Of a DNA stretch of 64,000 bases, positions 48,805 through 59,686 are shown one piece after another (position 1 is the first letter of the stretch; every line of letters begins with the position of its first letter). This stretch comes from Cenarchaeum sp. GTDB taxonomy: Archaea; Thermoproteota; Nitrososphaeria; Nitrososphaerales; Nitrosopumilaceae. A model generated the notes under the pieces. The model saw only the letters and a list, made by a program, of their open reading frames with translations. It did not search any database and was not told the origin of the DNA. The stretch spans positions 128,001 to 192,000 of the forward strand of contig OY843584.1 of assembly GCA_963692915.1 (NCBI GenBank), given 5' to 3'. Made by a program: the position numbers and the translations under genes.

Positions 48805-48806
48805 AG

Positions 48807-48880
48807 AGCTCCGAGTGGGATCCGAACCCACGACCTTTACCTTACCAAGGTAACGCTCTACCAGGCTGAGCTATCGGAGC
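48807..48880 (-). tRNA. tRNA-Thr(GGT)
   Basis: GCTCCGA acceptor, TTACC-TTGGTAA-GGTAA anticodon arm, GGTTCGGATCC T arm. Confidence 0.95.
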
Positions 48881-49037
48881 GCTCGAGCCCGCGCGCGCTG
48901 CAATCCTTATAATCCTTAGTCGACCACGCAAGGTCGGCCCTGATCGGGGGCTTGTGCCGCGTCGTGCGCAGACCGGCGCATGGCGGCCCGATGCCCCTAA
49001 AGTTTAATATATCTACAACCTAGCGCGTGCGCTAGAA

Positions 49038-51164
49038 ATGAACACGCGCGTCCGGCGCATCTTTGATGAGACGATACAGACCGACCACAAGGTGATAACC
49101 GAGGATGTCTCAAAGTCGATTCTGCGCTCATATGGCATCAAGGTTCCGCGCCACACGCTTGCGACCACACCCGAGGAGGCCGTGCGCGCCGCGCGCTCAA
49201 TCGGCTTCCCGCTCGTGATGAAGGTCGTCTCGCCGCAGATACTCCACAAGACTGACATTGGCGGGGTAAAGGTCGGCATCAGCAGCGCCGCTGAGGCCAA
49301 AAAGGCCTTTGGCGAGATGATGCGCAACGCGCGCCGCGTCAAGGGCGCCGAGATCAAGGGCATACTCCTCGAGCAGATGGCCGGCAAGGGCGTCGAGCTC
49401 ATAGTTGGCCTGCAGAACGACCCGCAGTTTGGCCCCGTTATCATGGTCGGCATGGGCGGCGTCATGACCGAGGTGATCAAGGACGTCGCGTTTCGTATGC
49501 TGCCAATCACGGCCAAGGACGTCAGGTCGATGATCTCGGAGCTAAAGGGCTCAAAGCTCCTGCAGGGATTTCGCGGCTCTGCGCGCGTTGACATGGCAAT
49601 GCTCACAAAGGCCCTCCTTGCAATAGGCCGCCTCGGAGTCGAGAACGCGTCGCACTTTGAGAGCATTGACTTTAACCCCGTCATCGTGCAGCCGCGCTCG
49701 TACTCGGTCGTCGACGCAAAGATAATCCTGCGCAAGAGCCCTGATCCTGATGCGATCTCGCGCGCCAGGCCCGACTCGTCGCACATGGAGACGTTCTTTA
49801 CGCCAAGGTCAATAGCGCTAGTCGGCGCGTCGGCCACAAAGGGCAAGATAGGCAACTCTGTACTTGACAGCCTCACGCGCCATGACTACAAGGGCAAGGT
49901 GTACCCGATCAACCCAAAAAAGGCGAGCATCCTCGGGACAAAGTGTTATCCGTCAATATCGGCAATACCTGGCAAGGTTGACCTAGTTGTGGTCTGCGTC
50001 GACCTGTCAGTGACGCCGCCGATACTCGAAGAGTGCGCCAAAAAGGGAATCCACAGCGTCGTTATCGTGTCTGGCGGCGGCAAGGAGCTCGGCGGCGAGC
50101 GGGCCGAGTACGAGGCCGAGATAAAGCGCCTCTCACAGGAGCACAAGATTCGCATAATAGGGCCCAACTGCATTGGCATGTTCAACGCCGCAAACAGGCT
50201 AGACTGCGCGTTTCAGGGGCAGGCGCGGATGGTTCGCGCGCGCCTGGGTCCGGTCGCTCTCCTCTCGCAGAGCGGGACGATGGGCATCAGCTTTCTGGAG
50301 ACTGCTGACACGTTTGGCCTCTCAAAGATGGTCAGCTATGGCAACAGGTCTGATGTTGATGAGGCTGACATGATATGGTACCTTGCCGATGACGCGCAGA
50401 CCAAGGTCATTGCGCTATATGTCGAGGGCTTTGGCGACGGGCGCAAGTTCATCGAGACTGCAAAGCGTGTCATGCGCGACAAGAAAAAGCCCGTCGTGAT
50501 CTGGAAGAGCGGGCGCACGGAGATGGGCGCAAAGCAGGCCGCCTCGCACACGGGCTCACTCGGCGGCTCCAATGCGATAATAATGGGCGCGCTGCGCCAG
50601 GCCGGAATCATATCAGTCGACAGCTATCAGGAGCTCGCCGCAGTCACAAAGGCCCTGGCGTGGCAGCCTGCGGCGGCCGGTGGTGCGGCTGCGCTCACGA
50701 GCAACGGTGCAGGCCCGATGATCGGCGCAATGGACCACTTTGAGCGCCTCGGCATATCTCTTGCCAAGATATCGCCGAGGAGCCTAAAGTCGATGGTTGC
50801 ACACTTTCCAAAGACGTATGTCATCGGCAAGGGCAACCCCGTGGACGTCACGGGCGGCGCGACGGCTGAGGACTATCAGTATGTCATAAAGACGTTCATG
50901 GCCGATCCGGCAGTGGACATTGTCATGCCGTGGTTTGTCTTCCAGGACGACCCGCTCGATGAGGTCATCATAAAATACCTCGCCGAGTTCTCCAGGAGGC
51001 GCAAAAAGCCGATCCTCGTGGGCGGCAACGGCGGCCCCTACACGGCGCGCGTCTCGGCGATGATAGAGGCCAACAAGATACCAGTCTATGATGACCTGCG
51101 CGACTGGGTTGCGGCCGCCTCGGCCCTGGCCCAGTGGGGCGCACGCGGGGGCCGCAAGAGATGA
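49038..51164 (+). CDS. ADP-forming acyl-CoA ligase, probably 3-hydroxypropionate-CoA ligase (3HP/4HB cycle)
   Basis: ATP-grasp first (HKTDIGGV), then CoA-binding domain, GPNC, AASHTG; adjacent to crotonase as in Nitrosopumilus. Confidence 0.85.
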   Translation: MNTRVRRIFDETIQTDHKVITEDVSKSILRSYGIKVPRHTLATTPEEAVRAARSIGFPLVMKVVSPQILHKTDIGGVKVGISSAAEAKKAFGEMMRNARRVKGAEIKGILLEQMAGKGVELIVGLQNDPQFGPVIMVGMGGVMTEVIKDVAFRMLPITAKDVRSMISELKGSKLLQGFRGSARVDMAMLTKALLAIGRLGVENASHFESIDFNPVIVQPRSYSVVDAKIILRKSPDPDAISRARPDSSHMETFFTPRSIALVGASATKGKIGNSVLDSLTRHDYKGKVYPINPKKASILGTKCYPSISAIPGKVDLVVVCVDLSVTPPILEECAKKGIHSVVIVSGGGKELGGERAEYEAEIKRLSQEHKIRIIGPNCIGMFNAANRLDCAFQGQARMVRARLGPVALLSQSGTMGISFLETADTFGLSKMVSYGNRSDVDEADMIWYLADDAQTKVIALYVEGFGDGRKFIETAKRVMRDKKKPVVIWKSGRTEMGAKQAASHTGSLGGSNAIIMGALRQAGIISVDSYQELAAVTKALAWQPAAAGGAAALTSNGAGPMIGAMDHFERLGISLAKISPRSLKSMVAHFPKTYVIGKGNPVDVTGGATAEDYQYVIKTFMADPAVDIVMPWFVFQDDPLDEVIIKYLAEFSRRRKKPILVGGNGGPYTARVSAMIEANKIPVYDDLRDWVAAASALAQWGARGGRKR

Positions 51165-51198
51165 CATTTATGGCAGCATACGGGAGCCCTGGCACATA

Positions 51199-51960
51199 AT
51201 GGCGCTCGTAGAGCACTCGACATCCGAGTCTGTCTGCACGGTAAAGATCAACCGCCCCGACAAGCTCAACGCGATGAACATGGACGTCGCGCGCGAGCTC
51301 ATTCGCACGTTTGAGTCCCTTGCGCACGACGAGAAGGTTCGCGTTATAATCCTGACCGGTGAGGGTGACAGGGCCTTCTCGGCAGGCGCCGATATAGAGT
51401 ACATGTCGCGTATAACGCCTGACGAGTCAGTAGAGTACGCAAAGCTCGGGCAGCTCCTCACGCAGACAGTCGAGCTTGTCCCGCAGCCGACGATAGCGGC
51501 AGTCAACGGGTACGCGCTAGGCGGCGGATGCGAGCTAGCAATGTCATGCGACATACGCATTGCCGCCGAGACTGCAAAGCTCGGGCAGCCCGAGGTCACG
51601 ATAGGCATACCGCCGGGATGGGGCGGCACGCAGAGGCTCATGCGCATTGTCGGAATAGCAAAGGCAAAAGAGCTCGTCTACACGGGCAAGGCCGTAAAGG
51701 CCGAGGAGGCCCGCGAGATGGGCCTCGTCAACAGGGTCGTCCCGCTAGAGTCACTCTCCGAGGAGGCAAATTCAATGGCGCGCGCGATCGCGGCAAACTC
51801 GGATATGGGCGTGCGCATGTCAAAGGTGTCGATAAACACCGGCCGCAACGCCGACCTGGCAACCGGACTGAGCGTCGAGCTGCTCGCGTGGCGCAACTGC
51901 TTTACGCACGAGGACCGCAAGGAGCGCATGACGGCCTTTGTCAACAAGTCAAAACACTAG
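51199..51960 (+). CDS. Crotonase family: 3-hydroxypropionyl-CoA dehydratase / crotonyl-CoA hydratase
   Basis: [29 protein letters not shown]. Confidence 0.88.
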   Translation: MALVEHSTSESVCTVKINRPDKLNAMNMDVARELIRTFESLAHDEKVRVIILTGEGDRAFSAGADIEYMSRITPDESVEYAKLGQLLTQTVELVPQPTIAAVNGYALGGGCELAMSCDIRIAAETAKLGQPEVTIGIPPGWGGTQRLMRIVGIAKAKELVYTGKAVKAEEAREMGLVNRVVPLESLSEEANSMARAIAANSDMGVRMSKVSINTGRNADLATGLSVELLAWRNCFTHEDRKERMTAFVNKSKH

Positions 51961-51978
51961 GCGCGCGCCGCACCTGCC

Positions 51979-52524
51979 ATGGACCTTGGGCTTCTGAGGG
52001 CATCGCTCTCGACGCGCATTGGCGCTGATGTCGCATCCGGCAACCGCGCCCCCTCGGCGGTCCTCCTCACGTTTCACGGTCCGGGCGAGCCGTCTGTCAT
52101 CATGACTGTAAAGCCGCGGCACATGAGGCAGCACGCCGGCGAGGTCGCCTTTCCGGGCGGCAAGCGCGAGGAGGGCGACGCTGACCTCCTCGAGACTGCC
52201 CTGCGCGAGGCCCGCGAGGAGCTCGGCCTGGAGATCGGCAGGGACGAGATCATCGGCCAGATGGGTGCCGTCGAGACGCAGAGCACGGGATACGTCATTG
52301 CGCCCTTTGTCCACATCCTGGAGGACGCGCCAAGCCTTCACCCCAACGCCGAAGTCGACGAGGTCCTGCGCATTCCGCTCGGGCCGTTCCTGGCCACGCT
52401 CAGGACGTCAGGCCAGATGGGCCCCACGCTGACTCATGGACGCCACACGGTCTGGGGGGCGTCTGCGAGAATCCTCGCCGAGGTCTCCGACAGGCTGCGC
52501 CTCGCCGGCGGGAGCTTGGTTTAA
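51979..52524 (+). CDS. Nudix hydrolase (CoA pyrophosphatase type)
   Basis: HAGEVAFPGG...TALREAREELG, WGASA. Confidence 0.9.
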   Translation: MDLGLLRASLSTRIGADVASGNRAPSAVLLTFHGPGEPSVIMTVKPRHMRQHAGEVAFPGGKREEGDADLLETALREAREELGLEIGRDEIIGQMGAVETQSTGYVIAPFVHILEDAPSLHPNAEVDEVLRIPLGPFLATLRTSGQMGPTLTHGRHTVWGASARILAEVSDRLRLAGGSLV

Positions 52525-52552
52525 AAAGAGCCACAGCCGAGCCGCCGCCCTG

Positions 52553-52711
52553 ATGGCAGCGCGCAAGAGCTCGGCTCGCAAGATCCGCCTTATCAGAAAG
52601 GCAAAGCAGACATCACCCGTGCCCGCATGGGTGATACTGCGCACAAAGCGCGGGGTTCGAACAAACCCAAAGCGCCGCGCCTGGCGCCAGACGGACGTGG
52701 ATGTGGGCTAG
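52553..52711 (+). CDS. rpl39e: 50S ribosomal protein L39e
   Basis: KQTSPVPAWV..RT...NPKRRAWR. Confidence 0.93.
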   Translation: MAARKSSARKIRLIRKAKQTSPVPAWVILRTKRGVRTNPKRRAWRQTDVDVG

Positions 52712-52712
52712 G

Positions 52713-53291
52713 TTGGCCGACGATTCCGAGCGCGTCTACACGATACCATTGGGCAAGGTTCTCCTCTCGCCGGACAACCGCCGCGCGATGCGCGCAATCA
52801 ACATGATCCGCGAGTTTGCGCGCCGCCACATGAAGGTCCAGGAGATAAAGATAGACCAGTCGCTCTCGCATGAGATATGGGCCCGCGGGATAAAGAGCCC
52901 GCCTCGAAAGGTTCGCGTGCGCATGTCAAAGACCGAGGAGGGTCATGTCCTCGTCTCGCCGTACTCGCTTGGTGCCGGTCCGGATGACGGGGCAGGGGGC
53001 AAGGACGAAGCTGCGCCAAAGGACGAGAGTCCGGCCGTGGAGGATGCGCCCGGCGATGACGGCGCGCCAGATGCTGATACTGCAGATGCTGCTGACGTTG
53101 CAGTGGAGCCAAAGGGCGATGATGCCAAACCCGCCGATGCTCCTGATGTCGCAGCCGGGCCAAAGGGCGATGATGCCAAACCCGCCGATGCTCCTGCCGC
53201 CAAGCCAAAGGCTGCCGGTGGCAGCGCAAAGCCCGGTGCGGCCAAAAAGGCAAAGTCTTCAGCACCAGCTACAAAGAAAAAGTCAAAGTAA
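52713..53291 (+). CDS. rpl31e: 50S ribosomal protein L31e with long low-complexity C-tail
   Basis: ERVYTIPL, RAMRA, IWARGIKSPPRKVRV. Confidence 0.93.
   Translation: MADDSERVYTIPLGKVLLSPDNRRAMRAINMIREFARRHMKVQEIKIDQSLSHEIWARGIKSPPRKVRVRMSKTEEGHVLVSPYSLGAGPDDGAGGKDEAAPKDESPAVEDAPGDDGAPDADTADAADVAVEPKGDDAKPADAPDVAAGPKGDDAKPADAPAAKPKAAGGSAKPGAAKKAKSSAPATKKKSK
53108..53196 (+). repeat. 51-bp-period in-frame direct repeat in the rpl31e tail
   Basis: GCCAAAGGGCGATGATGCCAAACCCGCCGATGCTCCTG at 53108 and 53159. Confidence 0.9.
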
Positions 53292-53324
53292 CACTTGCAC
53301 GGCCTTGATGGCCGTGTGAAAGTC

Positions 53325-54263
53325 CTAGCGCTCTATCTGATCAACGTCGAGGCTGCACGGAACGCTAGACTCGGCCTCGTCCCAGTCAAGCGTCATGTCT
53401 GACGGTATTGCGCCGAGTGGATCATATGCGTCAAACTTTGATGCGCCGCGCAGCTCCGAGACTACGACTATGCCCTCCTCGCCCGTGCCAGTCGGCATGG
53501 CAGTGGCCTCGCCGCCTGTCATGCCCGAGACTGCCTCCACTGTCTCGGCGATTGCGCCAACGGGCACGTCATCGCCGGTGACGTGAATGAGCGAGCCGCC
53601 GATCGTGCCGTTCGCGGCCCCCTCGTGGATCATCTTTATGGCCTCGCGCAGCGACTCCTCGAGGGTGGCGCCCGCACTTGATGCGGCGACCATGCTGTCG
53701 CCGCCAGGGACGCTGCCCGCGCCGATCGAGCCGACGACGTGCATGATTGCCGCATTTGCCATCTCTATGCAACTGCGCGCGCCCAGGTTTGGGTTGCCCT
53801 CGAGCATTGCGTCATTGTCGACGATGATCGAGCAGTCGCTCGCCTCACGCAGCCTCTTTAGGGCGATTCCGGCGCCGAATATGCGATCTTGTTCATAGCC
53901 AAAAGGCATTATCGCAACCGAGATGACGCGCTTGCCGGCACTGGCCGCCGCTGCGGCCACCATGGGTGCGATTCCGGCCCCGGAGCGGCCCGCAAGGCCT
54001 GCCATTATGATTACTGTCCGGGCGTCCCCTGCGGCCTCTAGGACGCGCTCGGCCTCCCTGCGCGCTGCGGCGCGTATGACGTGGACCGTGGGATTGATGA
54101 CCGGTGCCGTGGAGACCTCTATGGAGGCCTCGCCGTGGAGGTCAGAGGCGACGTTGCTCACGAGAACGTGCCTGGCGCCTAGCCTCGAGGCGGCCTCCGG
54201 CGCTAGCCTCGAGCCTGCGCCGCCTGCCCCGACGATCATGATCGGTTCCAATACTGTGGTCAC
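53325..54263 (-). CDS. ftsZ: Divergent thaumarchaeal FtsZ-like protein
   Basis: VGAGGAG, AGLAGRSGAG, MPFGYE, VDND. Confidence 0.8.
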   Translation of the reverse strand: MTTVLEPIMIVGAGGAGSRLAPEAASRLGARHVLVSNVASDLHGEASIEVSTAPVINPTVHVIRAAARREAERVLEAAGDARTVIIMAGLAGRSGAGIAPMVAAAAASAGKRVISVAIMPFGYEQDRIFGAGIALKRLREASDCSIIVDNDAMLEGNPNLGARSCIEMANAAIMHVVGSIGAGSVPGGDSMVAASSAGATLEESLREAIKMIHEGAANGTIGGSLIHVTGDDVPVGAIAETVEAVSGMTGGEATAMPTGTGEEGIVVVSELRGASKFDAYDPLGAIPSDMTLDWDEAESSVPCSLDVDQIER

Positions 54264-54337
54264 TGCATAGGGGGCTGCGCGGTTTGGATAAAAAAGCTTC
54301 CCGTGTAGCCTTAATCATACCTGCGATCTAAAGTTTT

Positions 54338-55675
54338 TTAGCTCATCGCCACGGCCAAGAGGCAGTGCGGCGTGGTGCCTGTCACCTCGGCCTCCAGGGT
54401 CTCGCCAGCCCGCGTGCTGCCGCACCCAGAGACGTCAAGCTGCCTGTATGCCCCGTTGCGGCCCACCATGCCCCGCTCGCCCCTGCCGGTGAGCCTGACC
54501 GGCCCCCTCCAGCCGACCCACGACTCGCCGGCCTCGCGCGCGAGCCTTGTGGCGAGGCCGTGTATCTCCCTGCTGCGCCGCTTGATGGCCCGCTCGTCGA
54601 CGCGCTCGAGGATGGCAGCCTCGGTGCCAGGCCTGGAGCTGTACCTTGAGAGGTTTACAATGTCGGGCCGCGTCTCCTCGAGGAGGCGCACGGTCTGCGC
54701 ATGGTCATCGTCAGTCTCGCCGGGATAGCCGACGATGATGTCAGTGGCCACGGTAAACCTCCCAAAGCGCCGCCTCATCACGTCGCACGCGTGCGCAAAT
54801 GTCTGTGCCGTGTGCCCGCGCCTCATCGCGCCGAGAACGGTGTCGCTTCCGCTCTGGACCGGCATGTGGAGGAATCGGTATATGCGCGCGTCGTCCTCCA
54901 TGGCGTCTGCGATGCCATCAAGCGTGCGACCCGCGTACATTGGGTTCATCATGCCGACGCGCACGCCATAGTCGCCCTCGACGCCGCTCACCGCGCGCAA
55001 TAGCTCCGGCAGGCTAGAGTCGATGTCATGCCCATAGCACCCGTTGTCAGTCGACGTCAGCCATATCTCGCGACACCCGTCGCGCACGTCTGCGCGGACC
55101 TGCCTGACGATATCCCCGACGCGATAGCTCTGGAGGCCGCCCTTTGCGAGCTTTGTCTGGCAGAACGAGCACTCGCTCATGCACCCGCTTGCAATCTCGA
55201 CTATTCCCACCAGCGGATCCAGGCGCCGCCTTGGCAGGCCGACCTTTGTGTCCGTCCCGTCGAGCGCAACGCGTCGCTCGCCCTCAAGTGCTGCACTTAC
55301 AAGCTCGCCGGCGCGCGATATTGATCCCGGCCCCATCATGCCGGCCTGCGGCGCAATCTTGCGCACGGTCTCTGGCTCGGCCTTTGCCATGCATCCAGCA
55401 ATGACTAGCGGCCTCGAGGAGAGGCGTCGCATTCGGTGGATCATGCGATTCGCCGTGGCGTCCTTTACCGAGCACGTGACGATGACACTGGCGTCGGCAT
55501 CGCCCTCGCCGTCAGCTATCGTGTGGCCCTCTGAGCGCAGGACGCCGGCTATCATCTCCGAGTCTGCCCTGCTCGCCGAGCACCCATACTCCTCGATGTG
55601 AACCCTCGCCGTGGCCGCCTCACCTGAGCAGCGCGTCCATCTCGGCGCTCGTCGCAATCTTGCCGTCCACTGCAA
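54338..55675 (-). CDS. MiaB-like tRNA methylthiotransferase (archaeal MtaB); start uncertain
   Basis: YGC, TCSV, AGC, CxxxCxxC (CMSECSFC), PVQSGS, TRAM domain. Confidence 0.88.
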   Translation of the reverse strand: MQWTARLRRAPRWTRCSGEAATARVHIEEYGCSASRADSEMIAGVLRSEGHTIADGEGDADASVIVTCSVKDATANRMIHRMRRLSSRPLVIAGCMAKAEPETVRKIAPQAGMMGPGSISRAGELVSAALEGERRVALDGTDTKVGLPRRRLDPLVGIVEIASGCMSECSFCQTKLAKGGLQSYRVGDIVRQVRADVRDGCREIWLTSTDNGCYGHDIDSSLPELLRAVSGVEGDYGVRVGMMNPMYAGRTLDGIADAMEDDARIYRFLHMPVQSGSDTVLGAMRRGHTAQTFAHACDVMRRRFGRFTVATDIIVGYPGETDDDHAQTVRLLEETRPDIVNLSRYSSRPGTEAAILERVDERAIKRRSREIHGLATRLAREAGESWVGWRGPVRLTGRGERGMVGRNGAYRQLDVSGCGSTRAGETLEAEVTGTTPHCLLAVAMS

Positions 55676-56981
55676 GCTGCCTGATCGTCTTGCCAGTGGC
55701 GAGTGACTCCTTGAAGAGGGCCGCTGCCCTCTGGTAGCCTATCTTTGGCGCGAGGAGCGTGACGATGACGGGGCTGCCCTCTATGCGCCCGCGCATCTTG
55801 GCCCTGTCGGCACCTAGGCCGTCGATGAGGTTTGCTGCAAACTTTGGCCCAAAGCCGGCGAGCATGTCTAGTGAGTCAAGCGTGCGGTCGATCATGACGG
55901 GAAGCATGACGTTGAGCTCAAACTGGCCCGCAGACGCCGCTGCGGCGACTGCGGCATCGTTGCCCGATATTGCAATGCAGACCATGTTCATGCACTCGGC
56001 GAGTGACGGGTTTACCTTTCCGGGCATTATCGACGAGCCCGCATGGACCGCCGGTATAGAGAGCTCTGCAATTCCGGCGACAGGACCTGACGCCATGAGC
56101 CTAATGTCATTTGACACCCTGCCAAGCTCTACGGCGAGGCCGCGCAGCGCGCCGGAGAGCGACGCGATGGCCTGCCTGCTCTGGAGGCCATACTGCATGT
56201 CCGGCTCGGGGCGCAGTTTTAGCTGCGACACGCGCGCAAGCTCGGCGACTGCGGCACGCCTGTAGCCGCGCGGAGTGTTTGCGCCCGTGCCGACTGCCGT
56301 TCCGCCAAGCGCGACTGCCTCTAGTGGCCTGGACGCCGCCGCTATCGAGTCGCGCGCAGACTTTATCGCAGTCGCGTACGCGCCAAACTCGGCGCCAAGC
56401 GTGACGGGAAGCGCGTCCATCAGGTGCGTGCGCCCGAGCTTTTTGTGTGATGCGAATGCCCTGGCCCTCTTGCGCAGTGATGAGACTATGGCGTCGATCG
56501 CCGGAAGCGTGAACCTTGTGGCGCCGAGTGCGGCCACGTGCATTGCCGTTGGAAACGTGTCATTGCTTGACTGTGACATGTTGACATGGTCGTTTGGGTG
56601 GAGGTGCCCGTACTCGCCGCGCCTCTTGCCGAGCTTTTCGAGGGCGACGTTTGCGATGACCTCGTTTGTGTTCATGTTGAGCGCCGTGCCGGCGCCCGAG
56701 TTTATCGCATCAACTGCAAAGTCCCCCATGTGCTCACCGCCGAGTATCGCGTCGCACGCCCTGGTTATCGCGCGGCCAGTGGACTTTGGGAGGGCTCCGA
56801 CGCGCATGTTGGCCACTGCTGCTGACCTCTTTGTCATCACGAACGCCCTGATGAGGCCGTCATGTGACCTCCTTCCGGTTACCGTATACTGGGCGATCGC
56901 CCTGGCCGTGAACGGCCCATAGTACGCCGAATATGGCACCTTTACGTAGCCGAGCGAGTCCGTGTCGGTTCGCGTCTTCAT
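55620..56981 (-). CDS. Class II fumarase / aspartate ammonia-lyase family
   Basis: NMSQSSNDTFP, GRTHLMDA, GSSIMPGKVNP. Confidence 0.9.
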   Translation of the reverse strand: MKTRTDTDSLGYVKVPYSAYYGPFTARAIAQYTVTGRRSHDGLIRAFVMTKRSAAVANMRVGALPKSTGRAITRACDAILGGEHMGDFAVDAINSGAGTALNMNTNEVIANVALEKLGKRRGEYGHLHPNDHVNMSQSSNDTFPTAMHVAALGATRFTLPAIDAIVSSLRKRARAFASHKKLGRTHLMDALPVTLGAEFGAYATAIKSARDSIAAASRPLEAVALGGTAVGTGANTPRGYRRAAVAELARVSQLKLRPEPDMQYGLQSRQAIASLSGALRGLAVELGRVSNDIRLMASGPVAGIAELSIPAVHAGSSIMPGKVNPSLAECMNMVCIAISGNDAAVAAAASAGQFELNVMLPVMIDRTLDSLDMLAGFGPKFAANLIDGLGADRAKMRGRIEGSPVIVTLLAPKIGYQRAAALFKESLATGKTIRQLAVDGKIATSAEMDALLR

Positions 56982-57297
56982 GCCGCACCGCTACCCCGTG
57001 TCCCGTTAATCACTCTTTGCGGCTCCGCGCCTCCCACCTGCGGCGTGTCAGATCGACCCGTGGGGATTATGGCCTGCAGTCGGCGCGCTAGGGTGCGGCG
57101 CGCAGGCTGTGCGCGACGGTGGCGTGCCGCCGTGCCGGTCTGTGCCGCGTGTGCCAGGATGAACGTCATGGCCAACTCTATGTCCAGTGAGCTTTCGAAC
57201 GGGTCGCCAGCGGCGCCTGCCTCGCCAGCCGTCCCCATGCGCGCCCACCTGACTGCCCAAAACCCTTGATCCCCTTATATATGGGCCAAATAGAGGC

Positions 57298-58686
57298 GTG
57301 GCAATGAACACAAGACAACTACGCACGCTACTCCCCGTGGCCGCAGTCGCGGCAGTGGGGATGACGCTGCTAGGAAGCTCCTACACGCAGACACAGATAT
57401 CGGGCATGACGCTAGACACGTCGGCACTCGACATTGACGCCATACAGCAGATCCACGACATGGGTGGCCTCAGGCTAGTCATGCCGGAGGCATTCGCACA
57501 GATGGACTGTGGCAACCTTGACACATCAGGGCGCGACATAGTCAACCTAGACCTGATCGGCGAGAGCGTAATGCTGCCGATCATGGGTCACACCGCAGAG
57601 AACCCAAAGACATTCCATGCAATGACCTTTAACGGCCAGGTGCCAGCACCGACGCTGAGGGTCACGCAGGGCGATGTTGTGAGGATGACGCTGACGATTC
57701 CGGACGGTGAACATACGCCGCACGGCAACGACATGCACGCCTCACAGATATCGGCAACAAACTTCGATGCGGTAAACCCAGGCGAGTCAGCAACGTACTG
57801 CTACATAGCACACGTTCCAGGCGTCTTCAAGTACCACTGCTCGGGCGTTAACGTCGCGGCTATGGACCAGCACGTCCTCTCGGGCATGTATGGCATAGCC
57901 ATCGTCGACCCGCTCGACGGCTACAAGAGGCTCATGGTCGAAAAGACGGCAGTAGAGAACGGAGAGGTCGTAAAGGACAGGATGTTCTATCCGCCTGACG
58001 CACTCGAGTTCCAGCTGCAGTACAACCAGCTCTACCTGACTGACTCTGGCACATATGACAGCACGGCAATGTTCAAGCACCAAAACACGCAGACAGTCGT
58101 CAACGGAATGCAGTTCGGATACGTCCCCAACGAGACGCACAACACCCTAGTCAAAGATGATCCCAAAAAGAACATCTTTGTGGCACAGCCATGGAACTCC
58201 GAAGACCTCGCACAGTACCAGTCGCAGCTCCTCTTCGTGGAGACCGACCAGCATGTGAGATTCTTTGTGGAGAACCAGGGCAACGAGCCGGTGTTCTTCC
58301 ACATTGTCGGCGAGATCCTAGACAGGGTCACGCAGGGCAACAGAGTCCAGTCCGGACCTACCGAGACGTGGCTCCTTGGAGGATCGCAGAACATGATCGT
58401 CGACGTCGTCTTTGACGAACCGGGCGTATACGTCGCAGTCAACCATGACTATGCGGCGATATTCTCTGGTGCGGCGACGATCATAGTGGCCGGAGACCCC
58501 TTTGGCCTGGTCGAAAAGCACGACCTGCCAGATGCAGTGTCCAAGTCATACGCGTATGCGCTAGGAAACCCGAGTGACGCAGTCCCTCCGATGGGAGATC
58601 AGAGCATGGAGCACCCAATGGTGAACCTGCACGGCCTCTACACCGACGAGCGGGCCGCAGAGCTCAGCACACAGCTCGGCCTATAG
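57298..58686 (+). CDS. nirK: Copper-containing nitrite reductase (thaumarchaeal NirK)
   Basis: Signal peptide, HGNDMH, YHC...HVLSGM, FHIVGE, VNH. Confidence 0.88.
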   Translation: MAMNTRQLRTLLPVAAVAAVGMTLLGSSYTQTQISGMTLDTSALDIDAIQQIHDMGGLRLVMPEAFAQMDCGNLDTSGRDIVNLDLIGESVMLPIMGHTAENPKTFHAMTFNGQVPAPTLRVTQGDVVRMTLTIPDGEHTPHGNDMHASQISATNFDAVNPGESATYCYIAHVPGVFKYHCSGVNVAAMDQHVLSGMYGIAIVDPLDGYKRLMVEKTAVENGEVVKDRMFYPPDALEFQLQYNQLYLTDSGTYDSTAMFKHQNTQTVVNGMQFGYVPNETHNTLVKDDPKKNIFVAQPWNSEDLAQYQSQLLFVETDQHVRFFVENQGNEPVFFHIVGEILDRVTQGNRVQSGPTETWLLGGSQNMIVDVVFDEPGVYVAVNHDYAAIFSGAATIIVAGDPFGLVEKHDLPDAVSKSYAYALGNPSDAVPPMGDQSMEHPMVNLHGLYTDERAAELSTQLGL

Positions 58687-58756
58687 CCAACAGCACACTA
58701 TCTTCATTTTTCATCTCCCAAATCGTTATAACCCGTGCGCACGCCCCTCGGCCACG

Positions 58757-59686
58757 TTGGCCGCAAACTCTGCACTGATATGCGACAAGGTTGACCCCAT
58801 ACTCAACAAGATACTCTCCGATAACGGGATTGAGGTAACCTACGAGCCTGAAATCACGCCTGAGGCACTCCTAGGCGCAGTATCTGAGTGCACGATAATC
58901 GTCGTGCGCAGCCGCACAAAGGTGACCTCTGAGGTGATCGAGCGCGCAAAGTCGTGCAAGATCGTCGCGCGCGTCGGCGTCGGCCTAGACAATATCGACA
59001 CCGAGGCGTGCAAGGCGCGCGACATACGCGTCCTCAACGCAGTCGAGGGCGCGATGAACGCCGTCGCCGAGCTCGTCCTGGCCCTCATGCTCTCGATGGC
59101 GCGCCAGATACCGCGCGCCGATGCTGCCCTGCGCGAGGGGCGCTGGCTCAAAAAGGAGCTCGTGGGCAGCGAGCTGCGCGGCAAGTACCTCGGGATCGTC
59201 GGCATGGGCAACATTGGCAAGCGCCTCGCGCGCCTCGCGCGCTCGCTAAACATGAACATAATCGGCTATGACGTCGTGCCCATCGACGCCGAGCTCTCGC
59301 GCGAGGTTGGGCTAATGAAGGCCGACCTTGACACGCTGTTCCAGAGCTCCGACTATGTCTCGCTCCACGTGCCCCTCCTCGACTCCACGAAAAACCTCGT
59401 CGATGCGCGACGCCTTGCGATGATGAAGCCGACTGCACGCCTCATCAACACGTCGCGTGGGGGAATCGTTGATGAGGATGCGCTATATGACGCAGTCTCC
59501 TCAGGCAAGCTTGCCGGCGCGGCCCTTGACGTCTTTGATGTAGAGCCGGCCACGTCTAGCCGGCTCAGGGAGCTCGAGCAGGTGGTCCTCACGCCGCACA
59601 TGGGCGCGCAGACGGCCGAGGCCCAGGGACTTGCGGCCAACGTCATTGGCGAAAAGATAGTGCAGGCAGTGCGCGGCGTCATCTAG
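58757..59686 (+). CDS. serA: D-3-phosphoglycerate dehydrogenase-like D-2-hydroxyacid dehydrogenase
   Basis: RVGVGLDNID, GMGNIG, INTSRG, LDVF..EP, TPHMG. Confidence 0.85.
   Translation: MAANSALICDKVDPILNKILSDNGIEVTYEPEITPEALLGAVSECTIIVVRSRTKVTSEVIERAKSCKIVARVGVGLDNIDTEACKARDIRVLNAVEGAMNAVAELVLALMLSMARQIPRADAALREGRWLKKELVGSELRGKYLGIVGMGNIGKRLARLARSLNMNIIGYDVVPIDAELSREVGLMKADLDTLFQSSDYVSLHVPLLDSTKNLVDARRLAMMKPTARLINTSRGGIVDEDALYDAVSSGKLAGAALDVFDVEPATSSRLRELEQVVLTPHMGAQTAEAQGLAANVIGEKIVQAVRGVI

Noticed and set aside
47950-48880. Dam-like MTase beside tRNA-Thr as an integrated element
   Set aside because: Host-like GC, no att repeat or integrase; as I recall, a methylase next to amoA also occurs in Nitrosopumilus
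57280-57300. GGCCAAATAGAGGCGTG in the nirK leader resembling the MITE core
   Set aside because: Match too short and lacks TIRs; could be chance
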